Virus record (IMG/VR): IMGVR_UViG_3300017917_002969
Location: 1 to 64,000 of that record
Origin: a virus
DNA length: 64,000 nucleotides
Reading direction: 5' to 3' (one strand)
Part shown: positions 46,079 to 56,340 of the stretch, piece after piece
Numbering within the stretch: the first letter of the stretch is position 1
Layout: every line of letters begins with the position of its first letter
Notes under the pieces: generated by a model
The model's database searches: none
Seen by the model: the letters and a program-made list of their open reading frames with translations, nothing else
Told to the model about the DNA's origin: nothing
Translations under genes and position numbers: made by a program

Positions 46079-46767
46079 TTAAATTTATTTTTAACATAAT
46101 TTAATTCTTTATTCATTAAATTTGCATTGACTAGTGTATTTGAAACTTGGTGACTTCCAGTTCTATTAACAACCGTAATAATATCTAATATTTTTGGTTC
46201 TCCAAATTTTTCAAAACATCTTTTGTAATATTCACAATCCATTAACCAAATTAAATTTTCATCAAATAGAAAAGGGTTTTTATTTAATATAGTTAATACA
46301 GATGGTGAGCTTATTGTGTTTATACCTAAATGTATGTCTTCATTGTAAATAGGTTTAAAATCACGATAAAATGTAAAACCATCATTTGAATGTTCGCACC
46401 TAGATACAAGCCATTTATCTTTTTTTAAGTCAAAATTATTTACCGTATTAAATAAACTATTATTGTCGTATAAAAAATCATCTTGAAATAAAACCTTGAT
46501 TAACTCACCATTAGAATTTAAAATACAATTATTTATGTTTGCCGATGAACTACCTACATTATTTAGGTTTTTTAAATATTTTATATTTAATACACTTTTG
46601 AAACTTTCACACGTTTTTTGTATTTCATCATTATATGAGTGGTCTGATACAACAATTTCAAAATCTTTAAATGTTTGATTAGTCAATATTTTTAAACTAT
46701 GTTCTAAAAATATAGACCCATTACTCTTCATTTCATATGCTGGAATACAGATGCTTAAATAACTCAT
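46075..46767 (-). CDS. Glycosyltransferase family 2
   Basis: SICIPAY, EIVVSDHS, LFQDD. Confidence 0.9.
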   Translation of the reverse strand: MSYLSICIPAYEMKSNGSIFLEHSLKILTNQTFKDFEIVVSDHSYNDEIQKTCESFKSVLNIKYLKNLNNVGSSSANINNCILNSNGELIKVLFQDDFLYDNNSLFNTVNNFDLKKDKWLVSRCEHSNDGFTFYRDFKPIYNEDIHLGINTISSPSVLTILNKNPFLFDENLIWLMDCEYYKRCFEKFGEPKILDIITVVNRTGSHQVSNTLVNANLMNKELNYVKNKFK

Positions 46768-46786
46768 ATTTAATTATAATTATTCA

Positions 46787-47575
46787 TTAGTTATTGTCAA
46801 TAGTTAACCAATTTTTTTGTATTACGTCATGATAATCTTTTGGTCCTAAAGGTCCAAACCATTTTTTTGGACCTATTTTAATAGAATCAGGTGTTGTATT
46901 TAGATAAGCACCCCACCAACTAAAAGTACTGTTAGATAAAATGTTATTATTACACATTGTCATAATTGTTATATCTAATATTTCATTTTTTAAATCTGGG
47001 AAAATATAATTTTCATCACTATGAAAACTATTTTTAACCCATTCCATATCATCAGACATAAAGATAAAATATGAATCACCAATAATTTCCATAGCATTTT
47101 TAAAATAATTAATTGAACAAACAGTATGATATTCAGAATTTTTTAGATAATCACCCCTTCTAATATTAATAGATGTTATTGGTTTTTGTTGAGTTTTAAA
47201 AATAGGTATTATTTCAGTTATAAGTTTTTTATCATCTTCAGATATATAAAACAAGTCACGTATTTCTTTTTCATAACCAATAAAATATTTTTCACTTTGA
47301 AAAAACCCATTCAATAATATGTTTTTTTGATATACTAATTCTTTGTAACTAAATGTTGGTTCTGTATATATTATTGATGGTGTAAAATCATTTATTGTAT
47401 TTATTTTTTTAAAAATATTATCTTTATATTTACTAGATACATAACCTTGATTTGGTGTGTGACATTGATTAAAATTAAAAACGGACACATCATCATTATT
47501 AAGTGCTAATGCATGTGCTGCTGAAATTTGAAACATTTGGTTTCCTAAACCACCTTGTAATCTACAACTTACCAT
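46787..47575 (-). CDS. Alpha-1,2-fucosyltransferase (GT11)
   Basis: GGLGNQMFQ, GFFQSEKYF, IRRGDY, SDD, NSTFSWWGAYL. Confidence 0.92.
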   Translation of the reverse strand: MVSCRLQGGLGNQMFQISAAHALALNNDDVSVFNFNQCHTPNQGYVSSKYKDNIFKKINTINDFTPSIIYTEPTFSYKELVYQKNILLNGFFQSEKYFIGYEKEIRDLFYISEDDKKLITEIIPIFKTQQKPITSINIRRGDYLKNSEYHTVCSINYFKNAMEIIGDSYFIFMSDDMEWVKNSFHSDENYIFPDLKNEILDITIMTMCNNNILSNSTFSWWGAYLNTTPDSIKIGPKKWFGPLGPKDYHDVIQKNWLTIDNN

Positions 47576-48275
47576 ATTTTTGTTTGTTTCTGATTTTTAT
47601 TGCAATTTCATTTACCAAAGTTAAATCAACCTTGTGGTCGTTTAGAGGGTTTTCTTCATTATAGATATAATTTATTTCATTCATAAAATAATATCTTTCT
47701 TCACCAGCCATTTCAAGCATAGGAAACATAAAAGATAAATCACCAGTTACTTTCCAATAAACACCAGTTTCATCTTTTAAATCTTCTTGTTTAATTTTTC
47801 TCCATAAAAAAGCCCTCCATGTTCTTATATGTGAAGCTGTGAATCTAGAAGCTCTTAAGTTATCAAAATTAGTCTGTCTAGACGAAAAACCAATGCTTCC
47901 ATTTGAATAACGAAAACTACCGTTAGCTATCCAAATATTTGGGTTTGAATATACTTTATTAATTCTAGATAATGTATTACCATCTGGTAACCAATCATCA
48001 CCATCAACCTCTATTATTATTTCATTATCAGATATTTTATCATTATTTCTGATTACTTGGTCATAGTTACCTGGTTGGTAAAATTTTGTTTTGTTTTCTA
48101 TTAGAATAAATCTGTCATCACCTTGAATCATTTCTTTGATGATTTTTACAGTATTATCTGTTGACATATCGTCAGTAATGTAACACGTAAAATCACAAAA
48201 CGTTTGACCCATAAGTGAACCAATACACTTTTCAATATAATTGGCACAGTTATATGCTGTTGTAAGTATAACCAT
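47562..48275 (-). CDS. Glycosyltransferase family 2
   Basis: YN..YIEKCI.S, DDMSTD, VDGDDW. Confidence 0.9.
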   Translation of the reverse strand: MVILTTAYNCANYIEKCIGSLMGQTFCDFTCYITDDMSTDNTVKIIKEMIQGDDRFILIENKTKFYQPGNYDQVIRNNDKISDNEIIIEVDGDDWLPDGNTLSRINKVYSNPNIWIANGSFRYSNGSIGFSSRQTNFDNLRASRFTASHIRTWRAFLWRKIKQEDLKDETGVYWKVTGDLSFMFPMLEMAGEERYYFMNEINYIYNEENPLNDHKVDLTLVNEIAIKIRNKQKYGKL

Positions 48276-49024
48276 TATTTTAAAATTTGAATTCTTTTAT
48301 TTAAGTATGTTTTATAATCAGCTTTTTGTTCGTCAACATTGAATAAATAATATAAACCAAAACCGTTTTGTATGTTAAATTGACTTAACCTTTCACCTCT
48401 TATTTTATGTTTTAGCATATGATTTTCAATACCCAAAAATTTAAAATGTAACATTTTTAAAGATGGGTCTGTTGATAAAATAACTTCACCTTGTGGTTGT
48501 GCTGAGTGACACCCAAAACCATAGTTTATATTGGTTATTTTATTACAATCAAACATCATAGGTTTATCCAACACATTTGTTTTAACACCAAACTTTACTT
48601 TTTCAAAAATGTTATCATTTGGTTTTAAATTTAAATCTTCGTCACCAACCATATGATAACCTTCTGGTTTAAATATTGTTATACCATTTTCTTTTGATTT
48701 TATTAAAAAATCAACCATATTTTCATGGTATAAGAATTCATCAGCATCACCTAAAATGACATAATCAGCATACCCAACACTAGATTTCCAAACATGGTTT
48801 TTTAACTTAATGTGCACACCATCATGAAATTCTTCATTAGAATCAAAAGGAATTATTTCAGTATTGGGGAATGATTCAATAATTTCACAACTTTTATCGG
48901 TTGAATTATTGTCCAATATAATAATTTTTTCACAAAAACTAGAATAATATTTTAATAGATGTGGTAATATATTTTCTTCATTATAACAAATAAAAAAAGC
49001 ATGTACTATTGGTTTTTCAATCAT
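48275..49024 (-). CDS. Glycosyltransferase family 2-like
   Basis: YNEE, DNNSTD, DADEFL. Confidence 0.85.
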   Translation of the reverse strand: MIEKPIVHAFFICYNEENILPHLLKYYSSFCEKIIILDNNSTDKSCEIIESFPNTEIIPFDSNEEFHDGVHIKLKNHVWKSSVGYADYVILGDADEFLYHENMVDFLIKSKENGITIFKPEGYHMVGDEDLNLKPNDNIFEKVKFGVKTNVLDKPMMFDCNKITNINYGFGCHSAQPQGEVILSTDPSLKMLHFKFLGIENHMLKHKIRGERLSQFNIQNGFGLYYLFNVDEQKADYKTYLNKRIQILK

Positions 49025-49983
49025 TTTTTTTCTTTTTTTTCGTATTTTTTATCTAATTCTTTTTGTCTATATTTTTCAAAAATATCTTCACCATTTATCT
49101 CAACTTTAGCTTTAAATTTAATAACATAATTTCCATCAAATTCGATTATCTTATCAAACAATAAATCAGTGTATTTGTAAAAATAAAAATCATCAACACC
49201 AACTGCACCATCTGTAATAAAAGATACAGTAGATATATCTAACATATTTACCAACATAGGATTTTTAATAGCTTTTTTGATTTCTTTTATAAAAAACACA
49301 CTAGTTTTATTATAATCTTTTGGGTACTTACTGACATAAAATTCTAATAACCTTGTATCATTATCAATATATCTAACAGTTAATTTTTTGGTGTATGCCT
49401 CAATATCAAATTTAGGTACAAATTTTCTCTCAACAATAATATGTCTTTTTGATTTATAAGTTGAATAATATTTGTCACCAGAAATAATCCCTAACGTAGT
49501 CGTACCGCTTTTTGTGTGTAGATTTTCTTCCTTTTCTTCAATACAATTATTTGATAGCGTATCACTAACACTTAATGTTATTTCGTCATTATTAACACAC
49601 ATTTCTAACGGGTAAGTGTCATACTCGTCTAATTTTATATTTTCAAGTTCTTTGGTTTTATTTTTTGTATATGTTCTGGTTATTGGATAACCATCTTCAT
49701 CATACCCAATTATTTCAGTTATATGACCAGAACTTTCCTTAAGAATTTTGTATGTTCTCCATCTTAAATTTCTTACTTCTTCACTGACTTCTCCTTGTAT
49801 TAATGAATCAGCTAATTGACCTTGTGTATTTCTTCTTACGTAATTTACATCATCAGCTAAAGTTTCAGTTTTTTGTCCTAGTGCATTTTTTTCTACATTT
49901 GCTAAAGACAATGATAACTTAACCACATTTTTTTGAATTAATTTTTTTAACTTTTTAATCACAATTCTAAAATTTTTATCCAC
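49021..49983 (-). CDS. Hypothetical protein (start uncertain)
   Basis: 320-aa ORF; no motif recognised. Confidence 0.6.
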   Translation of the reverse strand: MDKNFRIVIKKLKKLIQKNVVKLSLSLANVEKNALGQKTETLADDVNYVRRNTQGQLADSLIQGEVSEEVRNLRWRTYKILKESSGHITEIIGYDEDGYPITRTYTKNKTKELENIKLDEYDTYPLEMCVNNDEITLSVSDTLSNNCIEEKEENLHTKSGTTTLGIISGDKYYSTYKSKRHIIVERKFVPKFDIEAYTKKLTVRYIDNDTRLLEFYVSKYPKDYNKTSVFFIKEIKKAIKNPMLVNMLDISTVSFITDGAVGVDDFYFYKYTDLLFDKIIEFDGNYVIKFKAKVEINGEDIFEKYRQKELDKKYEKKEKK

Positions 49984-51965
49984 TCTTTTAAGATGTCGTT
50001 ATTGCTAATATCTATATTATCATATTCGGTAGATTCATTACCATAAAAAGACACACCAGTTGATAAACATTCGTCTTTGACTAAACAAGCAACTTCACTT
50101 TTAGATGAGTGATAAACTCGACCAATCATGTCATACATTTGTTGTTTATTCTCATAAAAACCCATTACAATTACTTTATCGCTTAACAGCGGTTTAACAA
50201 AATTATCATAATAAACACCGCCTATTTCACCGAATAAGTATATTTTTTCACAACCATCAACTAAGGCTCTATTTATCGACACATGTGTTTGTTTATTCTC
50301 ATCAAAAGAGCCTATAACACCAGCAATTTTATCTAAACCAGTTTTGTCTCTTCTAATAAATTCTTGTTTAAAATTAGGTATTATTTGATACGGGCCATTA
50401 TAATCGCTATGGTATTTTCTATGTTTTTCGTTTAAGAAAACAACTTCATCCCAATATTTAGTTATTTTACCAACCTCGAATAAGTTTTTTTCATGACATG
50501 ATAACACTACTTTACCAGCATTTGGTCTTTTTGGTAAATTTATAAAGTGAGTTATTAACCTATCATTTGGTTTTACACTAAAAGTTTCATCTAGCACTCC
50601 GCTTTTACATTTATCCAAATGCCATTTATGAGGTCCATAAAACGTAGCATCGTATCCAGCGTTATTTAATTCTTTAGTAAGTCTTATTAAAGCAAAGGTA
50701 GAACCTCCTTTATCAGACCAACCACTAACTATTTTTATAGGGCCTTTAATATATTTGTTCAATTTTTTTCTAGTTACAACTTTAGGTTCAAACATTTTTA
50801 TATTATTGCTATCAATAGAAAACTTAGTTATTAAATTATTTTTAATAACATCATCTTTTGCAAAATAGCTAATAACCAAAGGGTCGGTAATTGGAGTGTT
50901 TTCAGGAGAACTTTCTACCGATACAAAATCAAAATCACCATAAAGCTTTTTAAAATGTTCAAATAATTGAGGATTTGTGATGTATATCAAATCAAAGCTA
51001 GGTTCATTTATTTTATATAGATTATTTTCTTTGGATAATACGTAACCATTATCAGTATTAAAACCCCATTTACCGTCACCTAATTTAAACCCAGGTGGTT
51101 CTAATAAATTAGCAACTTTAATGTTGTTATTCTTGAACATTAATTCTTGCTTTTTATTTATCTTAGACATAACAGTCACTGAATGATTATTTTCTTTCAA
51201 TTTTTTTATTATATTCAAAAAGTAAGTTTCGTTTTCACTATCATTTTCCAATGACATCGCTATGAATAAAATTTTTAATTTTTCATTTTTTCTTGTCTTT
51301 TTGTCTATTGTTACTGGTAATTTATCTTTAAACTTATCAACAAATTTTTGTCTATTGACTTCCCACTGTTCGTTAGTCATACCAACAGATTGGTGGTTAA
51401 CCCTAATGATAGTTGTAACACCAATTTTAACACCTTCTAAAAAGTTTTCAAAACAAAAAGTAACATCATAGAAATGAAAACCTTCAACATCTTCGTTAAA
51501 AGTCTTTTTTAACTTGGTTTTATCAACAGCAAAGAATAAACCATCAACTAATACCGTTTCTTCAATCTCTTTTCCTAAATCATCAGAATAACTAGATAAC
51601 CATGTCTTACCTTCATGAGTATGTTGAACTCTTCCATACATTTTTTTAGGATTCTCCCACCATTTTCCACTTTGTGAAAGATATTTGGTCCCAGCAACAC
51701 CTATGATTCCATATTCTTGGTTGTTGGACATCAGCTTTAATAACTTATGTCCCCATTGTTTGGTTTCAATCGTAATATCATCATGACAAAACACAACAAT
51801 ATCATTTGTTGCTTGTTGTAAACCTCTATTGTAAGCCTTTGTTAACGCCTCTCCATTGTTTACAATTTCAATTATTTCTAAATGTTTATGTAACCCAGAC
51901 GTTTTGATTAAATGTTCTTTATGTTCTGGTTTTGACTCTCTGGTGCAATATACTATTGTTAACAT
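49959..51965 (-). CDS. Multidomain glycosyltransferase (GT-A + GT-B-like)
   Basis: AYNRG..DIVVFCHDD, GVAG, FHFYD; later GGST, HS.KSE..LVKDEC. Confidence 0.8.
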   Translation of the reverse strand: MLTIVYCTRESKPEHKEHLIKTSGLHKHLEIIEIVNNGEALTKAYNRGLQQATNDIVVFCHDDITIETKQWGHKLLKLMSNNQEYGIIGVAGTKYLSQSGKWWENPKKMYGRVQHTHEGKTWLSSYSDDLGKEIEETVLVDGLFFAVDKTKLKKTFNEDVEGFHFYDVTFCFENFLEGVKIGVTTIIRVNHQSVGMTNEQWEVNRQKFVDKFKDKLPVTIDKKTRKNEKLKILFIAMSLENDSENETYFLNIIKKLKENNHSVTVMSKINKKQELMFKNNNIKVANLLEPPGFKLGDGKWGFNTDNGYVLSKENNLYKINEPSFDLIYITNPQLFEHFKKLYGDFDFVSVESSPENTPITDPLVISYFAKDDVIKNNLITKFSIDSNNIKMFEPKVVTRKKLNKYIKGPIKIVSGWSDKGGSTFALIRLTKELNNAGYDATFYGPHKWHLDKCKSGVLDETFSVKPNDRLITHFINLPKRPNAGKVVLSCHEKNLFEVGKITKYWDEVVFLNEKHRKYHSDYNGPYQIIPNFKQEFIRRDKTGLDKIAGVIGSFDENKQTHVSINRALVDGCEKIYLFGEIGGVYYDNFVKPLLSDKVIVMGFYENKQQMYDMIGRVYHSSKSEVACLVKDECLSTGVSFYGNESTEYDNIDISNNDILKEWIKILEL

Positions 51966-52633
51966 TACTTTTTAAATCTATTATATGCGTTATCAGTTAT
52001 TCTAATGATATTTGCTTGACCTATAAATTCATCCAAATTAAGCGCATTAGAATAACTCATTGCTGAACGTAGATAAGCCTCAAAGTTTTCAACCCATTGT
52101 GCTAACCTATATTCAACTTTTCTAAATCTAATAACACCTTCTGAAGTTGTCAATACTTCTTTACCCCATTTTTTCTGAACTTCTTTGGTGCTCATACCTC
52201 TGAATTTTTTAGTAACTGGTATCTTATTGTTATAAGCCCATTCAGCTATCTTTTGATTTACCTTAAGTTTACCCCACAAATAGTTTTCACCACACGATTC
52301 TATTGCTTTGTTAAATAAGCTTCCAACCATTACATAATCAGCACCAAGGGCCAAAGCTTTAATAATGTCACTGTATGTTTGCATACCACCATCAGCCACA
52401 ATCTTTGCAGGTTTATCTAACCACAAAGAAGTATTATAACATTCTTGAATTAAAGATGCCATAGGATAACCAACACCAGTATGAACGGTTGTACTACAAT
52501 TATGTACGATATGTTTATTAACATGGTACGAATGATTTTCATTAACAGTAATATCATATAACATATTATATGATTCTGTCTTAAAAGGCTCAATACTTTC
52601 TATTTCTTTTAGTTTATATTTTTTTAGTTTCAT
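51965..52633 (-). CDS. Split-intein C-half (45 aa) fused to C-terminal part of GMP reductase/IMPDH
   Basis: LYDITV..HSY..IVHN then CSTT.HTGVG, ADGG, KALALGADYVMVG, RGMST, SEG, LRSAMSY. Confidence 0.93.
   Translation of the reverse strand: MKLKKYKLKEIESIEPFKTESYNMLYDITVNENHSYHVNKHIVHNCSTTVHTGVGYPMASLIQECYNTSLWLDKPAKIVADGGMQTYSDIIKALALGADYVMVGSLFNKAIESCGENYLWGKLKVNQKIAEWAYNNKIPVTKKFRGMSTKEVQKKWGKEVLTTSEGVIRFRKVEYRLAQWVENFEAYLRSAMSYSNALNLDEFIGQANIIRITDNAYNRFKK
52499..52633 (-). mobile_element. IntC of naturally split intein
   Basis: Own ATG; blocks F/G ending HN; Cys+1. Confidence 0.9.
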
Positions 52634-53645
52634 CGTATATTTTTTTTAATTTATTTATGAAATTTAAAGATTTAACATGTTTATCGCTAACTCTAATTAA
52701 TATAAAGTTATTTAATTTAGCTATTTTATTTTTTAATATATCATTAGTTTTAGCCTCATCTGATGAATGCCAAAACTCACCATCTAATTCAATTAATATT
52801 TTCCCACCTAATTTATAATCAAAAACTTTTCCACCTAATTCAAAAGAACTTGAAACTGATTTACCAAAATAAAATTTTAAAACATTATAAAAATCAATTT
52901 CAATTTGGCTATGTTTAACAAATTTAACTTTTTTTAATTCATCAAATGTTAAATTTTCTTTTAAAAACCAACCAAGATAATTTTTATTAATATCTAACCC
53001 AACGACTGTTATTATTTGATTAAATGTAACCTTATCGTTTTCTTTTAATAGTTCTTTAATTATTGGTAACGAATTATTTAAAAATTCAATAACATTATTA
53101 TTAGGTGTTATTGGTTTATTTAACCATTTTGTTTTAGATTTCAAACATATTCGTTTAAAAATTTCTTTATTTTTAACCAACCCAGCTTTAAACCAATAAC
53201 TTTTTAATGTTCTAAAATCAATTGATATGTTTTTAGATAGGACACTGATTGGTTTATTTAAATTTATGAAATCATCATACGTTTTTTTTAGTTCATCATA
53301 TGTTATACCAGTTTTTTCCAATAAAAAGTTTAAATTATCATATTTTTCTTTCGATTTTTTTATTTTTAATAAAACATCATTAGACTGAACTACAAAATTT
53401 TTATGATTCGAAAAATATTTTAAATATTTACCTTTATGAAATTTAGTTTTATTACCGCAACCGCAAGCGCAAACCCCTTCGTTATCCTTTAAAAAGTATT
53501 TAGTATAATATTCCTCGTTAGTCATATTATGTAACATTTTTAAATGATTACTAAAAGACAAAAAATTTTTATTATCAGTTTCTTTATCAAAGGTTTGGTT
53601 ACATTCCAAACAAACACATTTTTCAAGAAAATATTTTTTTAGCAT
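52614..53645 (-). mobile_element. Free-standing Vsr/DUF559-like homing endonuclease with N-terminal Zn motifs
   Basis: CLEC..H...H, CACGCG; C-terminal SQIE..FDY..IELDGEFWH..ND..K....F.LIRV. Confidence 0.85.
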
Positions 53646-53684
53646 ATCTAGTTTTGTTATAAATATGTCGAACTTATTAAAAAG

Positions 53685-54458
53685 TTAAACATTTTCCACA
53701 TATTCCAATAAAAAATACTCGTTTGTTAAATTTTCAGCTTTAACCCACTCAGCATAATTATGAATATTATCATCATTAATCAAATCAATATGTTTTTTAC
53801 TCACAACATAATATTCATGCGTTTTTGTTGAAACCGAATCATTAATTTTAATTAATTCTTCTCTACTAGGATATGCAATAGTGCTAATAACTTCTTTGTA
53901 TTCACCAGTATGTGTCAAAACAAAATCACCTATTATAACATCTTGAATCGATTTATTACCCGATTTTGTTGTTACAATGGAATTTTCTAAAAAACAACCA
54001 CCACCATTTCCAATACCAACTCTAATATAATCTGCTCCAGCATCTGATAACTCACCATAAGTTTTTGGGTTAGCTATATTACCAACCATCAGTGTTAAAT
54101 TATTGTATTGTTTTTTTATTTTTTTGGTTGTCTCCAAAAGAGTATCCATGTGTCCATTGGCAATATCAATCAAATAAAACCCATTTTTATCTAAGTCATC
54201 ACTTAAATATTTTTCCCACATTTCTTGTAACGAATATGATTCAAAACCTATGTTAGTTTTTTCACCTCTAGGTAAACAAACATTTATTTTTTGGTTGTAA
54301 AAAATTTGTTCATTACCAGAATTAATTACCATATCCATAGGTGCTGTTATCAAAGGTAAAAACCCATTATAATAAGGATTGATATCCTTTCGGCTATTTA
54401 TTTTAGAAACTATCGCTGGTTCAATTAAAATATCGTTAAAATCAAATTTTTCAGTCAT
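53685..54458 (-). CDS. N-terminal part of GMP reductase/IMPDH fused to split-intein N-half
   Basis: FDFNDILI.P, APMD, DIANGH, GNIA, GADYIRVGIGNGGG then CFLENS. Confidence 0.93.
   Translation of the reverse strand: MTEKFDFNDILIEPAIVSKINSRKDINPYYNGFLPLITAPMDMVINSGNEQIFYNQKINVCLPRGEKTNIGFESYSLQEMWEKYLSDDLDKNGFYLIDIANGHMDTLLETTKKIKKQYNNLTLMVGNIANPKTYGELSDAGADYIRVGIGNGGGCFLENSIVTTKSGNKSIQDVIIGDFVLTHTGEYKEVISTIAYPSREELIKINDSVSTKTHEYYVVSKKHIDLINDDNIHNYAEWVKAENLTNEYFLLEYVENV
53688..53996 (-). mobile_element. IntN of naturally split intein (103 aa)
   Basis: CFLENSIVTTKSG..IQDV.IGD.VLTH; block B TKTH; WVKAENL; then stop. Confidence 0.9.
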
Positions 54459-54479
54459 TTTTTATTTTTTGTATGTTAA

Positions 54480-55061
54480 TTAATTTTTTCCAGTGCTACC
54501 AAAACCACCAGAACCTCTTTCTGTAGATGAATTAATATTATCAAGCTTTTCTAACTTAATAATATTCTTTGCTGTTACGGTAGCTATAACACCTTGAGCT
54601 ACTCTATCACCATGATTGATAACAAAATCTTCTTCACCTAAATTGATAAGTATAATCTTTATTTCGCCACGGTAATCTGAATCAACCGTTCCTGGTGTAT
54701 TTAACACAGTAACACCGTTTTTAGCAGCCAAACCACTTCTCGGACGGACTTGGATTTCAAATCCATCTGGCAATTCAAAAAATAAACCAGTTGGTACCAA
54801 GGCTCTTTTGCCAGCCTTAATTGTCATTGGTTCAGAAAGATTTGCTCTAAAATCAAAACCAGATGAACCAGCTGTTGCATATTCTGGGTCTGGGTTGGTT
54901 GATTTATTTGCAAAACCTACTTTTAATTTAAAATAATCTGGGTCATAGAAAATTTCTGTTGGATAAGAAAATTCTCTGTCAAAGTCTTCTTGACTATATG
55001 AGTCATTTGGGTCAGATATTTGTAGGATTCTAGCCCTCATCCTTTCAACTAAATCGTTCAT
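54480..55061 (-). CDS. dut: dUTPase (trimeric)
   Basis: GFDFRA, RPRSGLA, NTPGTVDSDYRGE, RVAQ, RGSGGFGSTG. Confidence 0.97.
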   Translation of the reverse strand: MNDLVERMRARILQISDPNDSYSQEDFDREFSYPTEIFYDPDYFKLKVGFANKSTNPDPEYATAGSSGFDFRANLSEPMTIKAGKRALVPTGLFFELPDGFEIQVRPRSGLAAKNGVTVLNTPGTVDSDYRGEIKIILINLGEEDFVINHGDRVAQGVIATVTAKNIIKLEKLDNINSSTERGSGGFGSTGKN

Positions 55062-55066
55062 TATTT

Positions 55067-55630
55067 TTATTTTTTTATTTTTGAGCTTTTAATAGCTAGC
55101 ATACTACCCATCTTAAGTAGTTCACCAACCATTGAATTATGGTAATCCGACATTTTATCATCAACTTTATCAAAGAAAAGAATTGCAGAATATTCCTCTT
55201 CAGTTAATTCAATTCCATGTGAAAGAATATAATAAGCACTTCTTTCACCTACTCTCATAGATACAAGGTCATCGTTAAACTCATACATCTTACCTTGGTT
55301 CTTACGGTGCCATTCAGAGGTACATGGTTTATATAATTTAGCTTTACCAATGCCATGTAAAAGACATACTTTTAATAAGGATGTTTGGTCAACCTTTTCT
55401 TCTTCTGGTAATGTGTTATTGATTTTTACAGCATATGAAGCCACTTTGAGTAAATGGTCAATAAGTCCGCCTTCAAAGGCGTTGTGATAATCAGCCATGC
55501 TGCTGGCTGGGGCTTTGATGAAATCTTCACCTAAAAAGGTCATAAGTTCATCATTCATGAAACCGTTTTTGGTCGCAGTTTCAAAGTATTTTTTAGTATT
55601 TGCAACTATTTTAGCTTGGTCTAAAGACAT
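55067..55630 (-). CDS. HD-fold protein
   Basis: APAS..YH.AFEGGLIDH..V; LLHGIGK (HD appears as HG). Confidence 0.75.
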   Translation of the reverse strand: MSLDQAKIVANTKKYFETATKNGFMNDELMTFLGEDFIKAPASSMADYHNAFEGGLIDHLLKVASYAVKINNTLPEEEKVDQTSLLKVCLLHGIGKAKLYKPCTSEWHRKNQGKMYEFNDDLVSMRVGERSAYYILSHGIELTEEEYSAILFFDKVDDKMSDYHNSMVGELLKMGSMLAIKSSKIKK

Positions 55631-55661
55631 AATGCTAGTTTAGAAACTTCGTTATTTTATG

Positions 55662-55692
55662 CAAATATACAAAAAGTTTTCTAAACTAGCAA
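55662..55692 (-). promoter_or_regulatory. Bacteroidota sigma-A-type promoter
   Basis: Minus strand TTG-N20-TATATTTG, framed by a 14-bp inverted repeat. Confidence 0.7.
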
Positions 55693-55700
55693 GTAAATCT

Positions 55701-56336
55701 TTATCTTTTTAAAACACTCTTAAGGTTATTAATCAATTTTTCATGTTTTAACCTTTCTTCTTCCGAATCCCATTCTCTAAGTTGGTTTAAACTGACAATA
55801 TTCACAATATTATCAACTGTATCAAAAAAATCCCCATCAGTTACAGTTTTTTTGTTTGATTTAGGTATTGTATCTGTAGTCCCTCCTACTTTTTTTTCTT
55901 GATTTTTAAGAGAATGTATAACCAAGTTATTTTCATCCATTATTATTCGATGAATACTTTTATTTTTTAAATGTAAGGTTTCATTATGGATATCGCAAAT
56001 TTCTGGTTCATAAAAAAACGGTGTTTTAACAAGAAATTTAGACATGTTATTAACATTTTTACGACCTTCTATCAATTTTTGGTTTAAATAATTAACTTTA
56101 GGTTCGTTTTCATGATAGACTTTTTCGTGAAACATAATATCTTTTATTCTTTGAATACTTACTTTTTGTTTTTCTTCAAATTCTTTTTTTTGTTTAGCAA
56201 TTTTAATAGCATGTTCCCTTTTTAATCTAGGTTCAACGATTAAGCCATAGTAAAAAGGTTTTTTTACATAGTCAAACCAAAGGTTACTAAGATAAATCTT
56301 AATTTTTTTAATAATTGTTAACTGATTATTTTTCAT
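55701..56336 (-). CDS. Hypothetical protein
   Basis: Likely start MKNNQL just after the upstream stop. Confidence 0.6.
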   Translation of the reverse strand: MKNNQLTIIKKIKIYLSNLWFDYVKKPFYYGLIVEPRLKREHAIKIAKQKKEFEEKQKVSIQRIKDIMFHEKVYHENEPKVNYLNQKLIEGRKNVNNMSKFLVKTPFFYEPEICDIHNETLHLKNKSIHRIIMDENNLVIHSLKNQEKKVGGTTDTIPKSNKKTVTDGDFFDTVDNIVNIVSLNQLREWDSEEERLKHEKLINNLKSVLKR

Positions 56337-56340
56337 AATT

